Assembly (NCBI GenBank): GCA_021613535.1
Contig: CP075494.1
Coordinates: 5,704,001 to 5,768,000 of the forward strand
Direction: 5' to 3'
DNA: 64,000 nt
DNA from: Adineta vaga
Taxonomy: Eukaryota; Animalia; Rotifera
The position numbers and the translations under genes were made by a program. Below, in pieces: positions 1 through 13,010 of this stretch. Each line of letters begins with the position of its first letter. The first letter of the stretch is position 1. The notes below the pieces were generated by a model that worked only from the letters and a program-made list of their open reading frames with translations, was not told the DNA's origin and ran no database searches.

Positions 1-3000
1 GAAGAAAATTATTTAAAATCATTTCATTTAACTTGGTTGTTATACAATCAACATTTATATGAAAAATTAGTTTATATGGATAAAAATATTCAACAATCTA
101 TGTCAACAATGATTGATTTACTTCATCCAACAAATGATCATCAAGAAGATTATTCTCCAGCTGAATATACACAATTAATTAATCGTTTTCTTGAATTCGA
201 TGAACAAATGTCTGAAATAGCATGTGTTTATAAAGATTGTCAAATGAAAATGAATTCAATGACAAGAAATGCATTGAACTCAAATCAAAATACAATTGGA
301 TTGGTTGTTGCAACGAGTAAGAAGAAAAGTCGTAAGAAAACCAAGAAGATACATGAAGAAAATGATGGCAATATGAACAGGTTCGTTTACGTTTTGAGAC
401 TATTCAAATTTTTCAATCGAGTTTGTTTTAGTACGATCACTAGTGCCCTAAACATTCCATTAGCGAATATATTATCAGAAACAATAGATCCATCACAACA
501 TGGTTCAAATGGTTCATCGATTGGTTCTGGTGTTGGTGGAAAAGAATCGTCATCGATCTCATCATTTGATGATTATCTTCTAGATAATAATACATCATCA
601 TCAAGTTTTACAAAAGAAGAAACAGATCAATTAATTGAAAATAATAATACGGATCTTCATAATCAATTATTTCATGGACTATTAAATAATCATTCACCAA
701 TGACACAAATTCAACAAGAAATTGATGAATTAAAATTACATGAAACTACTATTCCAATCACGGCGAATATCAATGAAGAGAAATCAAAAACAATAGAAAA
801 TCAAATACCATTGATTGATGATAAACAAATATCGAGTGGTTAGATTAGAAAAATTAAAAGGTTTCTTTTCGATTGAATCTCTGTTTTAGTATCTTCAACG
901 AAAAAATCAAAATCACATCGCCGAAAAGAAAGTTCAAATTCAACTACAAAAGTTTCTTCCTCAACTTTGCCTAAGACATCTCTTACTCCAGATATAATTC
1001 TTCCTCCAAAACCTCCTTCATCAACAACATCCAAGCTTCAAGCCGATCTTCGTTCATTAACTATTCCTTCGTTAAGTAAAACAGAGATTCCAACATGTCC
1101 ATCTCTTTTATCAGCAAAAATGCAATCAGTTTCATTCACAGCTGGTACATTTGCGTCGATAACAACAGATGAATCTTCTTCTTTATCATCAACAAATCAA
1201 ACACGTTTAAATCTAAATCTATCACATAAATCTGGTTCATTAACAACTAAACATGAACAACTTCTTCGTCAGTGTGCCTCACCCAATGATATTAGTACTC
1301 TATTATCTTCATTGAAATCATCGAAATTTAATCAAGATCCTCGGAAATCTTCCTTTGATGAGAAAAATTGTGAATTTTGTTGTTGTGATTTATTTCCTGA
1401 TTCAAATTCTTCAATGGCAGGTAGTTGTATTGCATGTATGTCTGTATCATCGAATAGCACATCTATCTCTGGATTCAATCAACGTGATTGTGAAACAAAA
1501 GGAAGACTACAATTGAAAATGAAACAACGTACTGTACAAAATACAAGTGAACAAACAAAACTATCGATAGGAAATAAATCGAAAAGTAAACCATGTGATA
1601 ATAATATAGATGATTTAGTTCGATTTATTGATGGCGATGAAAAAATTACAGATGGATCAACGACAAAAAAGAATAAGAAAAAGAAGGATAAACAATCAAA
1701 ATCAAATTCAATTAATGAAGATATACAACAGAAGAAATTAGATAAAACAATAGTAAACGATCCGATTGTCGAGACTTCTCAACCTTTATCAAAACGTCAA
1801 CAAAAAGCAAAATTAAAACTTGAAAAACAACAAACAATTATTAAAGAATCTGCTACGAATCCATCTCCTTTGCCATCACCACCATCATCACCACCATCAT
1901 CACCACCACCTTCTCTTCTTCCTGAAAAGATCGATTCTCATTCAATAACAACTGAATCTTTACCTGAAGCTTTCCAACATCCATCAGAGGAAGAAATAAA
2001 TTGGATAACGATTTCTCGTAAGCAAAGTAAACACAAACCAACACCACCGGCATCGAATCCATCCAAATCTAAAAAACAACAAATAAATAATAAAACTAAG
2101 ATAACAAATACACAAGTACTTGCTCAACAAAAAGTGATACCAGAAATAGTACCAAATAGTAATAAACAACAACCGACCACAGCGATGATTTCAAAACGTG
2201 CACAAAATCAAGTGAAAACACATGCACAAGAAAAAAGTGAACTGCCATCTGCTTGGGCAGTGCCTGAACAGATGCCAGGTATAATATAAAAACATTCTTA
2301 TCTATTGTTAGATTCTACATTTTTGTTTAGCACCACCAACGTCGACACTTCTTGCAACAGCACCAGTTTTTATTCCGTCTTCATCTCTTATTAAACCAAA
2401 TTCAATCGATGATATTGTTCCACTTGAAGAACCCACCTCTTCTCCTTCGACTTCATCACTCTATTGGAATCCAAATGATTATCATCCACCAGGACCTGTT
2501 CAACGACCTATTTCATCATTTTTACCTTCACCTGGACCTCTCCAATCTACTATATCTCGTTGTATTCAACGACCATCATCCGAACCACGAACAACAACTC
2601 TATTTCCAACATATTCTCCAATGAATTATACAATTAGTACTGCAACTTCAGCATGGAATGATCTACCCAATACAAATTCTAATCAAACTCAATGGAAATA
2701 TCCAAATGACGAACAATATCAAACATCAACAACAATTCCAAATGATTTTCCTCTCTATGATCCATTCAATAGTGGTGCTGCACTTAACATTCCATCATCA
2801 AGTTTACTTACCAACAGAATGGAAGGTACATAATCAGTTTTTGGAATGTTTTGAATTCCTTCATTGTCTTTTTTCAGAATATTTCAATGGTTTACCAATT
2901 GCAAAAGATAACGATGTGAATGATATGGATGCACTTGATAAAGAAATTGAAGATTTCAAAAAGTAAACGACAATTTACATTCATTTATCAAATAAAATCT

Positions 3001-3042
3001 TGATTCTTTATTCTTAGATATTACATGGATGAAACTTCATAA
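1..3042 (+). CDS. FAM193A: FAM193-like protein, 5' end outside the window, multi-exon
   Basis: Low-complexity Ser/Lys/Pro-rich exons joined by GT-AG introns (e.g. after 380, 838, 2278, 2827, 2962). Motifs resembling FAM193: CEFCCC, ETKGRLQLKM, NIDDLVRFIDG, and a C-terminus DMDALDKEIEDFKKYYMDETS* (stop 3040-3042). Confidence 0.7.
1873..1910 (+). repeat. Coding 12-nt tandem repeat (CCACCATCATCA-like) encoding PSPPSSPPSSPPP
   Basis: Directly visible in sequence and translation. Confidence 0.7.
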
Positions 3043-3415
3043 GATTCCCATGAAACAATTTTCAACTAATATTAATTATTGTTTTTTTTCTCTCGAATTT
3101 GACATTCCATCTCATTTTTATTGTACAAATCTATTACAAATTTTATGAGATTGAAGACGAACTATTTGAGAGAACAGAACATATATATATATATATACAT
3201 ACGATATGTAACATTTTATTTTATTTTGTGCATGCTATTATGTTTAAGATATAATCATAAATAAATATAAATGGGAAACTTCTTTGACAGAATAATTCAT
3301 TTTTATAGAATACAAAGAAAAACAAACTCTCGTCTGTGGATATAGGTTTTGTGATGATGAATACAAATTAATAATTCTTCAAGATTTATTCATATTTATT
3401 TAAGTAAAAGAAATG

Positions 3416-3997
3416 TCAATCATTTTTTTCTGTTGGAATAAAAGAAACTTGGACTAAAATTTGTCCAACTGGTCTATTATATTTTCTTAATGGTAACCAA
3501 ATTTGTTGTTGATCGATAAGCTGTCTAACATTTATATCACATGTTCCTAACATTTTTGGTTCGTTATGCGCTACACCATGAAGTGGATCATGTTGTTGAA
3601 CCCAAATGGTTAATCGATCATTATTCGAATTTCTTATGTTGAAATGAAATGGTCCATTGGCCGATGTCCATTGTGGATTTCGATTTGTTGATGTACTATC
3701 CGATTGTGATGTTCGAAATCGTTGATAATTACATTCGAGGATCACATAAGGTCGTTCTACGAAATTTGTACATGAAGTCAATATGGATAAACGTGATTCA
3801 TATAGATCTTCAGCACGAAGGACAGTTAGTATTAGTTGACCAGAATTTTCAACAGTGGATATCGTTGATGATGATTGAACTAATCGTATAGGTATCACAT
3901 GATTTTGTCGATCTTTCCACCAATCTTCAGCTTTATGAATACCATCATTTAAATTTGGTGCAATAATAGATTTTTTGATATTCTTTAAATGGCCCAT
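3416..3997 (-). CDS. Small single C2-domain protein
   Basis: C2 hallmarks GQLILTVLRAEDL, PYVIL, NPQW, FHF, LTIWV, LGTCDINV, WLPL, GQILVQVSF. First ATG at 3997. Confidence 0.8.
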   Translation of the reverse strand: MGHLKNIKKSIIAPNLNDGIHKAEDWWKDRQNHVIPIRLVQSSSTISTVENSGQLILTVLRAEDLYESRLSILTSCTNFVERPYVILECNYQRFRTSQSDSTSTNRNPQWTSANGPFHFNIRNSNNDRLTIWVQQHDPLHGVAHNEPKMLGTCDINVRQLIDQQQIWLPLRKYNRPVGQILVQVSFIPTEKND

Positions 3998-4287
3998 TCG
4001 TTTGAATAAGAAGATCGATCTGTTTTGCTTCAATGCATCTATCAAAAATGCACATGATTGATAATTAAAACGACGTAATATAATATTATTTTTTGCGTAA
4101 TAAATGAGGGAATCTTCTATTCGTTTCTATGCGACATCTGCTCAGGTATTTCAATTGCTGAGGTATCACAACGAATCATGAGAAAGCTATATATATATGC
4201 ACGGTATTTCTTGTTATGACGGATTTTGGTGAAATTCCAACAAATATTTTTCAAAAAAAAAGCAGGGTATTTTCATATTTCAGATTG

Positions 4288-7200
4288 ATGAACATGACAC
4301 ATTTCAATGATAATGAATTTATATATTTTATTAAAATTGTTGATGATCAAAAGGAGAAATATTATTTGAAAAGTACGATTGACGAGCAAAATCATACAAT
4401 TTTAATACATTTAACTAATTTTAAACACAGTTGGGTAGGTGTTAGTAAGTATTATCAATTCAATTATTCATTTTCTGATATTAATCTGAACTATATTCAG
4501 TCAATCAAGAACAAGTTCGATTATTAGCAAAAAAATTCCCATCTGAATCAAATGATTCCTTTTATTCACATACACAACGTGCGTTTTCAAATGGAAATAA
4601 AACTGAAACAGATGGACGAAGTTATGTATTTAATTGCAAAAAACTTGACAAAAATCGATTGGAAGTATGTTAAATTTGATTAGATATTTTTAATCTCTCT
4701 AAAAGACACACCAAGAACAAATAAAACCGACTAGTCCATTTGATATCCGTCATCAGCATTTGTCTGTCACTCTCTAAACGCATAGATATATTTGCTAAGA
4801 TTGTAAATGCATGTTATATTTGACCTCGAGTTGAACTATATTTTTAGTTTGTTTGGAAAGAGAAAATTGAAGCATTGAATTCATTGAAAATTATTGGTAA
4901 TGTCGAACTTGAAGAACGACCTAATGATGAAGTAATTCGTTTCTCATTCTTAAAAACAAGACATTTATGACAAATAATTCATTTTAGGTTTTATCGAAGA
5001 TGATGGACTATACCATCGATGAAATGGACATGTTACGAGCAGCAAATGAACAAAAATTAGTCGAAATCAAATGTACCAATGAACAATTACATAAAGCTTT
5101 AGAAGTAAATAATTATATAAATTTTAATAAGAAATGTTTATAATATATGTATTTTATTCTCTTTAACTAGACTGTTAAACGAACAGTTGATATGAAAGAA
5201 CAACTTGAAACTGATCTATATAGAAAGGTAATTTTTCTACTGCATTTTTTCAATAACAAAATTAAGTAGACTTTTTTTCGTATTTCTGAGCATTTGAGTA
5301 AGAATTTGTTCGATTTGAGGAACTCGAATGATAAAATCATTGGAGATGTTTTCGATTAAAATTGGATAATCGACTTTAATACATTGTATCCATTCGAAAT
5401 TTTTATCACTATTAATTCGTGTTTGATAAAAATGAATACGTTCACGAACAAATGAAAGTTCATCTTTATAAGATGATATTAACGATTCTAATTGTGAATG
5501 TAAATTTTCTAACATAGTTTTTTCAATTGTATCGAATAATTGATGGATTGATAATAGCGAATATCGTTCATGAAAAACTGTTAGAATTCGTAAAAGAATC
5601 TGAAATGCAGCTTGAACTTCATCATGTTCTTCGAGATAGGATTGCGATTGTTTGTTAGAAGATGATGTTTCAATTATACTACCAAATAATTGTAAGTGAG
5701 TAGTATGTGGACGATATTCTCTTAAAGATAATTGTTTTAAATAACACCAATGTTTCGAAATTTCACTAATATTTTCTTTTGTTTTAATTACTAAACCTTC
5801 GAGAAGTTTTTCAACGGAACGATCTAATTCAATCTGTCGTTGTTTATAATGAGCTATACGTGCTGGTGAAAAAAAAATTGAAGGAGAATCAGTAATTCGT
5901 GGAAGACTTGACTTCTTTTCATTGACTTTTCTTTCAAGAGAAAGTGTTGGTTGTAAACAAAGTTGAGCTAAAGATAGATCACTTGATGTCATCAATGACT
6001 TTGTAGAAGATTGTTGCAATCGATAAGAATTAGCTAAATGTATTAAACATTGACGATGCAAATGATTATTATTTTTATGTACATTTCGTAAATCTTCATA
6101 TTTATCAGAGACACTGCCAATATAAAAGATAGATGATTTCGCAGTTCCGTTTTCCATGTTACTCTCCGTGGACGTTTCAGGTAATGATTCCGATCGAGTA
6201 ACTGTTTGATTTTGTCGACATCGAGAACATAGATCATACTGACTTGATGAATTAAATTGATTACAAACTTGACATACAGATGTATGTTCGATTGAATTTC
6301 GTTTGGAAAGTTTATCTGATCCGCATGAAGTTTCACGTTTCAATAAACCATGATTTAACATAACAGAAAAGTCTCGGAAGGATGTAATCAATGATGATAA
6401 TGATGAATTACTACCATTCAATGACTTGGAAGATGTCATAGGTAAACTAGAGCGATGTTCGTTTTTCTTTTGCTTTGATGCTCGACGATGTAGGCGATAT
6501 CGATGAAACAGACTCATCGATGGTGTAAAAAACAAGCCGTTGTAATCAATGTATATATACTTTATTTGCAATCATGCGTATAATTTTTTCAGTATGATGC
6601 TTTTCTCTCTCTCTCTCTCTTTCTCTCTCTTGAATCATCATAAACCTTCACCCACGCTATCAATTAATGACCAATAAACAAGAGTCAATATATTACGTTT
6701 CATGAAAATTTAAAGATCATTCAGAATCTTCGAAACTAAATTATTGATATCGAGTATCTATGTCCGAAAAAAAAAGTTTCGTCCTTCATGACTCATTCGG
6801 AAGTAAAAACGAAAACACATGAATCAGAATACACCTGAAAGTAAAGTGGAGAAATTTTATTGTCATTTAGTTTGTTCTTGTGTTAAATACAAAAAAAGCA
6901 GAATTAGCAAAACTTAAACAACAGATTGAATCTTATCGTTATGACCATCCGACTACAACCAGAGGTAAAGTTTGAAATGAATTTCAAAAACAAAAGTGGA
7001 ATCTTCTTTTTAAGATGAAGAATCTTATGTAGATTCTCATCCTCGTAGTGTTTCACCAATGGATTCAACATTCAATGAGAGCGAATCTCAAACAAATAAA
7101 CGACGTCGACATCAATCGAATGGTACAAGTACAAGTGAAGACGACGATATTCAAGAAGTAAGAATATCTTGTTTTTGTTTTATTTCGAATAATGTGTTTT

Positions 7201-7585
7201 TCTACTGAATAAATTCATAGATTCAATTGACAAAACCAACAAAATCAAAAACAATGAACAATAGACAAGATAGTTCACTTGATTTAGGTAATGATCAAAT
7301 GGATTATAAAACATCGACGATCGATAAACATCATCAACGGTAGAAAATGAAAGCATTTCTTCTCATCTTTTTTCTAACCGATTTCTTTTTTATTAGACGA
7401 AAATTCGTTACCGCAACCAATACAATATCAAAACGTCCATTTGTTAAGTATGATATTCTTTTCTTAATATTTGTTTTTCGTTTTTATATCTAAGTTGTAG
7501 TCATACGGCTACTTCTTCATCAATGACAGTACCTTCATTACCTGATGATTCTCAAACAACCGATGATTTATTGAATAAAATATAA
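4288..7585 (+). CDS. XRCC4: DNA repair protein XRCC4 (non-homologous end joining), about 11 exons
   Basis: Spliced reading: ...YYLKSTID...HSWVG|...FVWKEKIEALNSLKIIGNVELEERPNDE|VLSKMMDYTIDEMDMLRAANEQ...|TVKRTVDMKEQLETDLYRK|FVLVLNTKKAELAKLK. This matches the XRCC4 head and the ligase IV-binding coiled coil (human LETDLYKRFILVLNEKK). C-terminus TDDLLNKI* resembles XRCC4 EDLFDEI. Confidence 0.88.
5237..6517 (-). CDS. Intronless orphan protein nested antisense in the XRCC4 intron (basic N-terminus, CxxC-x11-CxxC knuckle, helical C-terminus)
   Basis: Uninterrupted ORF of more than 420 codons in AT-rich DNA, lying inside intron 5228-6870. Probable start MSLFHRYR at 6517. Confidence 0.75.
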   Translation of the reverse strand: MSLFHRYRLHRRASKQKKNEHRSSLPMTSSKSLNGSNSSLSSLITSFRDFSVMLNHGLLKRETSCGSDKLSKRNSIEHTSVCQVCNQFNSSSQYDLCSRCRQNQTVTRSESLPETSTESNMENGTAKSSIFYIGSVSDKYEDLRNVHKNNNHLHRQCLIHLANSYRLQQSSTKSLMTSSDLSLAQLCLQPTLSLERKVNEKKSSLPRITDSPSIFFSPARIAHYKQRQIELDRSVEKLLEGLVIKTKENISEISKHWCYLKQLSLREYRPHTTHLQLFGSIIETSSSNKQSQSYLEEHDEVQAAFQILLRILTVFHERYSLLSIHQLFDTIEKTMLENLHSQLESLISSYKDELSFVRERIHFYQTRINSDKNFEWIQCIKVDYPILIENISNDFIIRVPQIEQILTQMLRNTKKSLLNFVIEKMQ

Positions 7586-7663
7586 TTTTTTTAAATCTTT
7601 GTTTTGTCATTGTGATTCTATTTTAATACATATTTATCATATATCGACTCTTTTCAGATAAGC

Positions 7664-9233
7664 ATGAGTGAAATATCTGATATATATACATGTCCTACTT
7701 GCACATATGAACAATCTAAATTTGTAACAAAATGTGAAATGGTAAGTTTGTTTTCCTTTTTTCGTTTGTTTATAAAATCTATTTAGTGTGATACTCCTAA
7801 TCTGAATCAATTGGGAATTGATAATTCAGTAACAATTTGTCCACAATGCACTTTTGCTAATGAAGGTGATCATGTTAGAGGTAGGATTTCTATGAAATAA
7901 CAATGTTTTTATTCTATCTGTTCATTAGTTTGTGAGATATGTGCGTATAGTTTTCTTGATGGTTCATCGCCTAAAAAATTCCGGGCGGATGATGATCATG
8001 ATCAAGATGAAGACGAAGACGAAGAAGAGGATGATAACGATGATGATGACTACTACCAAATTCCAATGTCACAAAATACAAATGAAAAACGAAAACCTAT
8101 TGAAGCTGTTGAAACAGCTATGACTGAGGGTGAATTACGTTCATATTATCAACAATACATATCTATATTAAAACAACAAAGACAACAAAAGCAACTTTTC
8201 TCAGATCAACAATTACGTGAGATTATTTGTCAATTATTTCATTCACTTCAATATAAACATGATGAGCCAGAAGGTTTGAACTCGATATTGAAGAGAAATA
8301 TATATATTTATAAATAAAGATGAAAATCGTTTTAGGTCAATTGGTTTTCAAAGCGTGTCAGATTTGTTTCGATAAAGACGAACCGCTGATAACAATGAAA
8401 GTACGTATGAACAATAATGATGAAATCAAATTTTTCCTTTTTCCTCCATAGGCTTGTGGTCATCGTATGATATGTCCTGATGATTTTCATCAATATTTAA
8501 TTACACGAATTCGTGATAAAGATCTTCTTCCATGGATTCCATGTCCAGCAGAAATTTGTGGTGTACCATGTGATGCAAAGAATATTACTGAAGATGGTCG
8601 TTTAACTCATGGTGAACTTCTATCGTTTATCATCATATATATGTCGAAAAAATTATCACGAAATGAAAACTTTATTACATGTGTTCATTGTGAACAAGGT
8701 GGTTTTCTTCAGATTGGTCCACCGAAAAAAGAAGAAGTCGAATGTCAAGTATGTCATAGTAAACAAACGATTGAAAAAGGAACTGATGGAGATCTTGATA
8801 TAGGTAATGAATTTGGAAGTTTCGTTTTCATGTCATCAATTGATTTCGATTTCTTCTAGCTTTTAAGACAATGATTGAAAAAGGAGAATTACGTGAATGT
8901 CCAACATGTCGTCATTTAACTTTAAAAGAAAAAGGTTTATGTAACGTAATTGAATGTGTAAAATGTGGTATTTGGTGGAATTGGCGAACACGAGAACAAG
9001 GACATAGTGGAAAAGATCTGAAAAATAAAGCGAGATCAAATGGAACACTTTGGGAACCTGGTAAGACACCAAGAGTTGAATTCTTATTTTTCATTTTATG
9101 TTTTTGTTCAGGTGAACTTCATTATCAACAGCAATTGGAAAGACGAAATCCAGCTGAATTTAAAGCTTTATTAGAACGAAATGGTATTGAATATAATCCG
9201 AATTATGTTCGTGGTGGATGGAACGATCATTAA
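7664..9233 (+). CDS. RBR-type E3 ubiquitin ligase with N-terminal RanBP2/NZF zinc fingers
   Basis: NZF fingers TCPTCTYEQ...CEMC and CPQCTFAN...CEIC; acidic tract; RING1 CQICF...CGH...CPAEIC; IBR-like CVHC...CQVC; RING2 RECPTC...KGLCNVIECVKCGIWWNW. Confidence 0.75.
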
Positions 9234-9612
9234 TTTAGTTTATTTATTGTTTTTTTCTCCTTTATTAATCAAGATGTAAATCAGTTGTCCTTCTAATTTT
9301 CTTATTCTTTTTCATGAAAACAATAAAGATGATTTTTCATCTTCAGATACTTCGAACTTAACATTCAAAAATCTATTCTTGTTTTTGTATTTTTATATTC
9401 AGATATGATGTGAATAAAAGAGTTGATTGAATAATTCAACTGGAAGAAAATAGTTATGAATCTAGAGAACATCGTCTCATTGAAAATTGCCAACGAAAAA
9501 TATATAAAATATTCATTAGAGGTGTAAACTGAATAGATGATACACTATCATAAAAACTCATTTTCAGATGATGTTAAGATGTATTTTCTTCAAACAGTAA
9601 TAATACGAAGAA

Positions 9613-10791
9613 ATGTCAAATAATCCACCATGTATTAAATGTGAATTGACAGGTAATTCTAATGGATTATTTACTTGTAATGGTACGTCTTGTCAACTTA
9701 AGTATTTCAATAAAATGAAGTATTATGTGTATTTAGGATGTCGTCAAAGTTTTTGTTCGAATCATATTGAAGATCATTCAACTGAACGACGTCATCGTTT
9801 TGAAAATCTGACAGATGAATACAATTCAATCTATGATAGATTCCTTGAATATAAGCAAATATCAAAGTATTATCAATGGAGAGGAATTGAAAAGAAACTC
9901 TATAAAATCAAATCAGAATTTGATCAACAAGAAAACTTATTTAAGTAATGCCATGCAATATTCTATAAATAGAAAAAAAAAACACGTTTGAATCTTTTTT
10001 TTTTCAAAATAGCTTTTGTAATAGAAATCTAGATGATTGGAACAATCAATTAAACGAAATTAATATTCATTTAACAAGACCAATAGAATCAACTTCAGTT
10101 CGATTATCTAATGTCAAACGATATGGCATTTATTTTTCATGTATTCTTTTGCTTGTTTTATTATACTATTGGAATGATAGTATCCTATTGAAAAGGTTAT
10201 TTACAACCAGAAAATTCATTATTATTAAGGGACCAATTCTACTTCATGAAAACGGCCATGTCGCTGAACATAAGGGATATGATGATATACCCGGCAGATT
10301 TATTGTTAATCAAAACTATTCAAAGAATATAAATTTCGTACGATTCATTGTAGAAAAATTCTCTTCATCAAATAGTTTTATCGGAATAGTTGAATCCGAA
10401 TATTCCAAAACACAAACACCAATTTATGGATGGTTTATTGGTGATGGACGAGTCAAACATCTTCAACCAGTACAATCGATATTTATTCACCTATTGCAAA
10501 AGTAAATATAAAATACTTTTTAAATGAGAACACAGCATTATTGATGTTTTTCTTTCTTTTAGAATCTGGTCATTTTTTATTGGTAATCAAGAAAAACATC
10601 ACGATGTCCGTGAAATAAAACAAGGCGATACAATTGAAATAAAGATTGATTGTATTCAATCAAAACTTACTTTAAAAAACTTACGAACAAAAACGAGCGA
10701 AGATCTTGACATTCAACAGAAACGAACACCTTTACCATGGCAGATCTGGATAAGTCTCGATCGACATGAAGATCGAATACGACTTTTATGA
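9613..10791 (+). CDS. B-box-like zinc finger + coiled coil + SPRY/B30.2-like protein, multi-exon
   Basis: CIKC...FTCN|GCRQSFCSNHIEDH, a coiled segment, then a beta-rich domain (FIGIV, YGW, QGDTIEIKIDC, PWQIWISL). Confidence 0.6.
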
Positions 10792-11037
10792 ACTGATTTT
10801 TTGAAAATAAAACTTTTTTTTCTATTTTAAATATTTATAATAATGGATATCGTTCTACATATTTTTTTTAATCCGAAAGCTGAGTCAATCAACAACATTC
10901 CCTTTACCATTGGTAAAGATATATATATATATATATTTCTTTCATACATGAAGTATGTGATTGTGCAATTTCTTACTTTGTTATTGCTTCAGAACGAGAC
11001 ATTAGATAGAGATATTGTCGAAAAGAAGTGCATAAAG

Positions 11038-11273
11038 ATGATGTTCCAACCTACTTCAGGTCGTCAAGGTTTTAAGTTTGTTAAAAATACAACTGACCAA
11101 AAAGGCAAGTTTAAATAAGAATATTAGAAGAATCTTTGACAAATTATATAAATGATTTAGATACGGTCACCGTTCAACAAGATAACAAAACATTGGAAAC
11201 AAGTGTATCCAAAGAAAAACAAGTCGAATCGAATCAACAAACTTCTAATATCATCGATAAACCGAAAACTTAA
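11038..11273 (+). CDS. Small peptide with TSGRQxFxFV motif (2 exons, GC-AG intron 11105-11160)
   Basis: MMFQPTSGRQGFKFVKNTTDQK|DTVTVQQDNK...DKPKT*. The frame is restored by a 56-nt GCAAGT...TTTAG intron. Confidence 0.55.
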
Positions 11274-11455
11274 CTATTTTCTATCTTTTTTTCACATTAT
11301 ACTTTCTTATTTCAAAATGTCAATATTGACATACAGAATGTTATTGAATACTAGTTGAGTAAGAATAGTGACAATAAACAGTGTGACTCACCCTTTACTA
11401 CATGCTCTTTATCAGTTAGAATAAAAATTCATTTCTTATTACATTATATTTATCA

Positions 11456-11662
11456 ATGGATCGACGAATGCCCATGAGTCGTATGTTACATTCAACATCT
11501 GGTCGTCAAAATTTTCGATTTGTTCGACCTACCTACAATAATCCACAACAAGAGATGCCTCAGCCTGATCAATCTCAAGTGATTCAGCAACAAACTCAAG
11601 ATGCAATCAAAACTGCTACTGAAAATAATCAAACAAATAAGAATGACAAAGCTAATAAATGA
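11456..11662 (+). CDS. Small peptide with TSGRQxFxFV motif, paralogue of 11038-11273
   Basis: MLHSTSGRQNFRFVR followed by a Q/N-rich tail; AATAAA near 11696. Confidence 0.6.
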   Translation: MDRRMPMSRMLHSTSGRQNFRFVRPTYNNPQQEMPQPDQSQVIQQQTQDAIKTATENNQTNKNDKANK

Positions 11663-11977
11663 TTATTTTATATTTTAAGTTTTTTTTTGTAAAAGAATAA
11701 AATCAACGACTTCTATTGATAAAATTCATCGGATTTGCAATTTGAATTGTCGAATAAAAGAGCACATGTACTAAATATCTAATGAAAGAAAGTATTTATA
11801 TCACTCGTTCCAATTATTCTAATGACATCTACATACTTCAATCGATAATTTAAAGCAAAGATGTTCAATTGCAATTTTATTTCATTCTTTTAATTAATCT
11901 CAAAGTGGATATACTCTCTCTGAATTTGCCGTTTTTTAGGTCACAGAAAATGAAAGTTTAAGTAGAGAACTTTAAGT

Positions 11978-13010
11978 TTACGGTTGTGGCATAACAATAT
12001 CAATGACAACATTTCGACGACGCCATCTTTGAAGATGAATTTTAAAAAGAACATGAATTAATTGTTGACGAAATCGTTCTGATGCACAAATATAAATGTA
12101 AAACGGACACTAAAATATCAATTTGTATAGAAAATAAAATACAAAATCGTTTTTAACTTACTGCAAAACAAGAATATAAAAGTATAATTGATAAAATTCG
12201 TGCACAACCTATGACAGCATTGGTCACTGGATCTGTCATCTTATTTTTATCAAGTATAATAGCATTTATAATCGTATAAGGTGAAATCGTCAAGAAATTA
12301 TAGAAAACTTGTGCTAATACCATTACTGTCAGTTGTTTATCTAATTCACGTCGAACAAGTGGAATTGTTCGATGAGATAATTGTTGAACATTACGATAAG
12401 CTAAACAACCGAATATAACTGTGATTATAATAGGAATAAATCCTAATAGAAAAAGTACATGAAAACTTTTAAAATATTGTTGAAAAGTATCATTAATTAT
12501 TGTACAATCGAGTTGATCAGTTTCAGGAATGATGATTAGATCATAAGATGTAAAAAATGTAATACCATATAAAAACCATAGAATGGTGAATACACAACAT
12601 AACTGACGAGCTAATTTAATATTACATAATTGTTGAAAACGTGTTGATGAACATGTTGCTAAGTATTGATCAATAGTTGCTAAACATAAACAAGTCAATG
12701 CGATTAACATACAAATATGAACAAATCCTTCTCGAAATATACAATATAATTTCGAATGTTTTGTCCAATCAATTTCAAATCCATGTATCATAATAAATGT
12801 TAATAAACCAGTGATTAAATATCCCACACTAACTAATGACATAAGAGTTAAATATAAAGCACAAGAATTTTGACGAAAAGTTTTTAAACTAAGAAAAACA
12901 ATGATATTCAGAGTTTCACCAATAATACCAATAAGAAATATCGGTATACCCACATAGATCGTTACTTGATGAGAGATTACTCCAGCAAGAGAGATAATCG
13001 AAGATGACAT
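11978..13010 (-). CDS. Orphan class-A GPCR (2 exons)
   Basis: 7 TM segments, TIDQY, DKQLTVMVLAQ; last exon CPFYIYICASERFRQQL. Confidence 0.85.

Noticed and set aside
4216-4527. ORF-track 103-aa protein as an independent gene
   Set aside because: It is the first XRCC4 coding exon read into flanking intron or UTR sequence.
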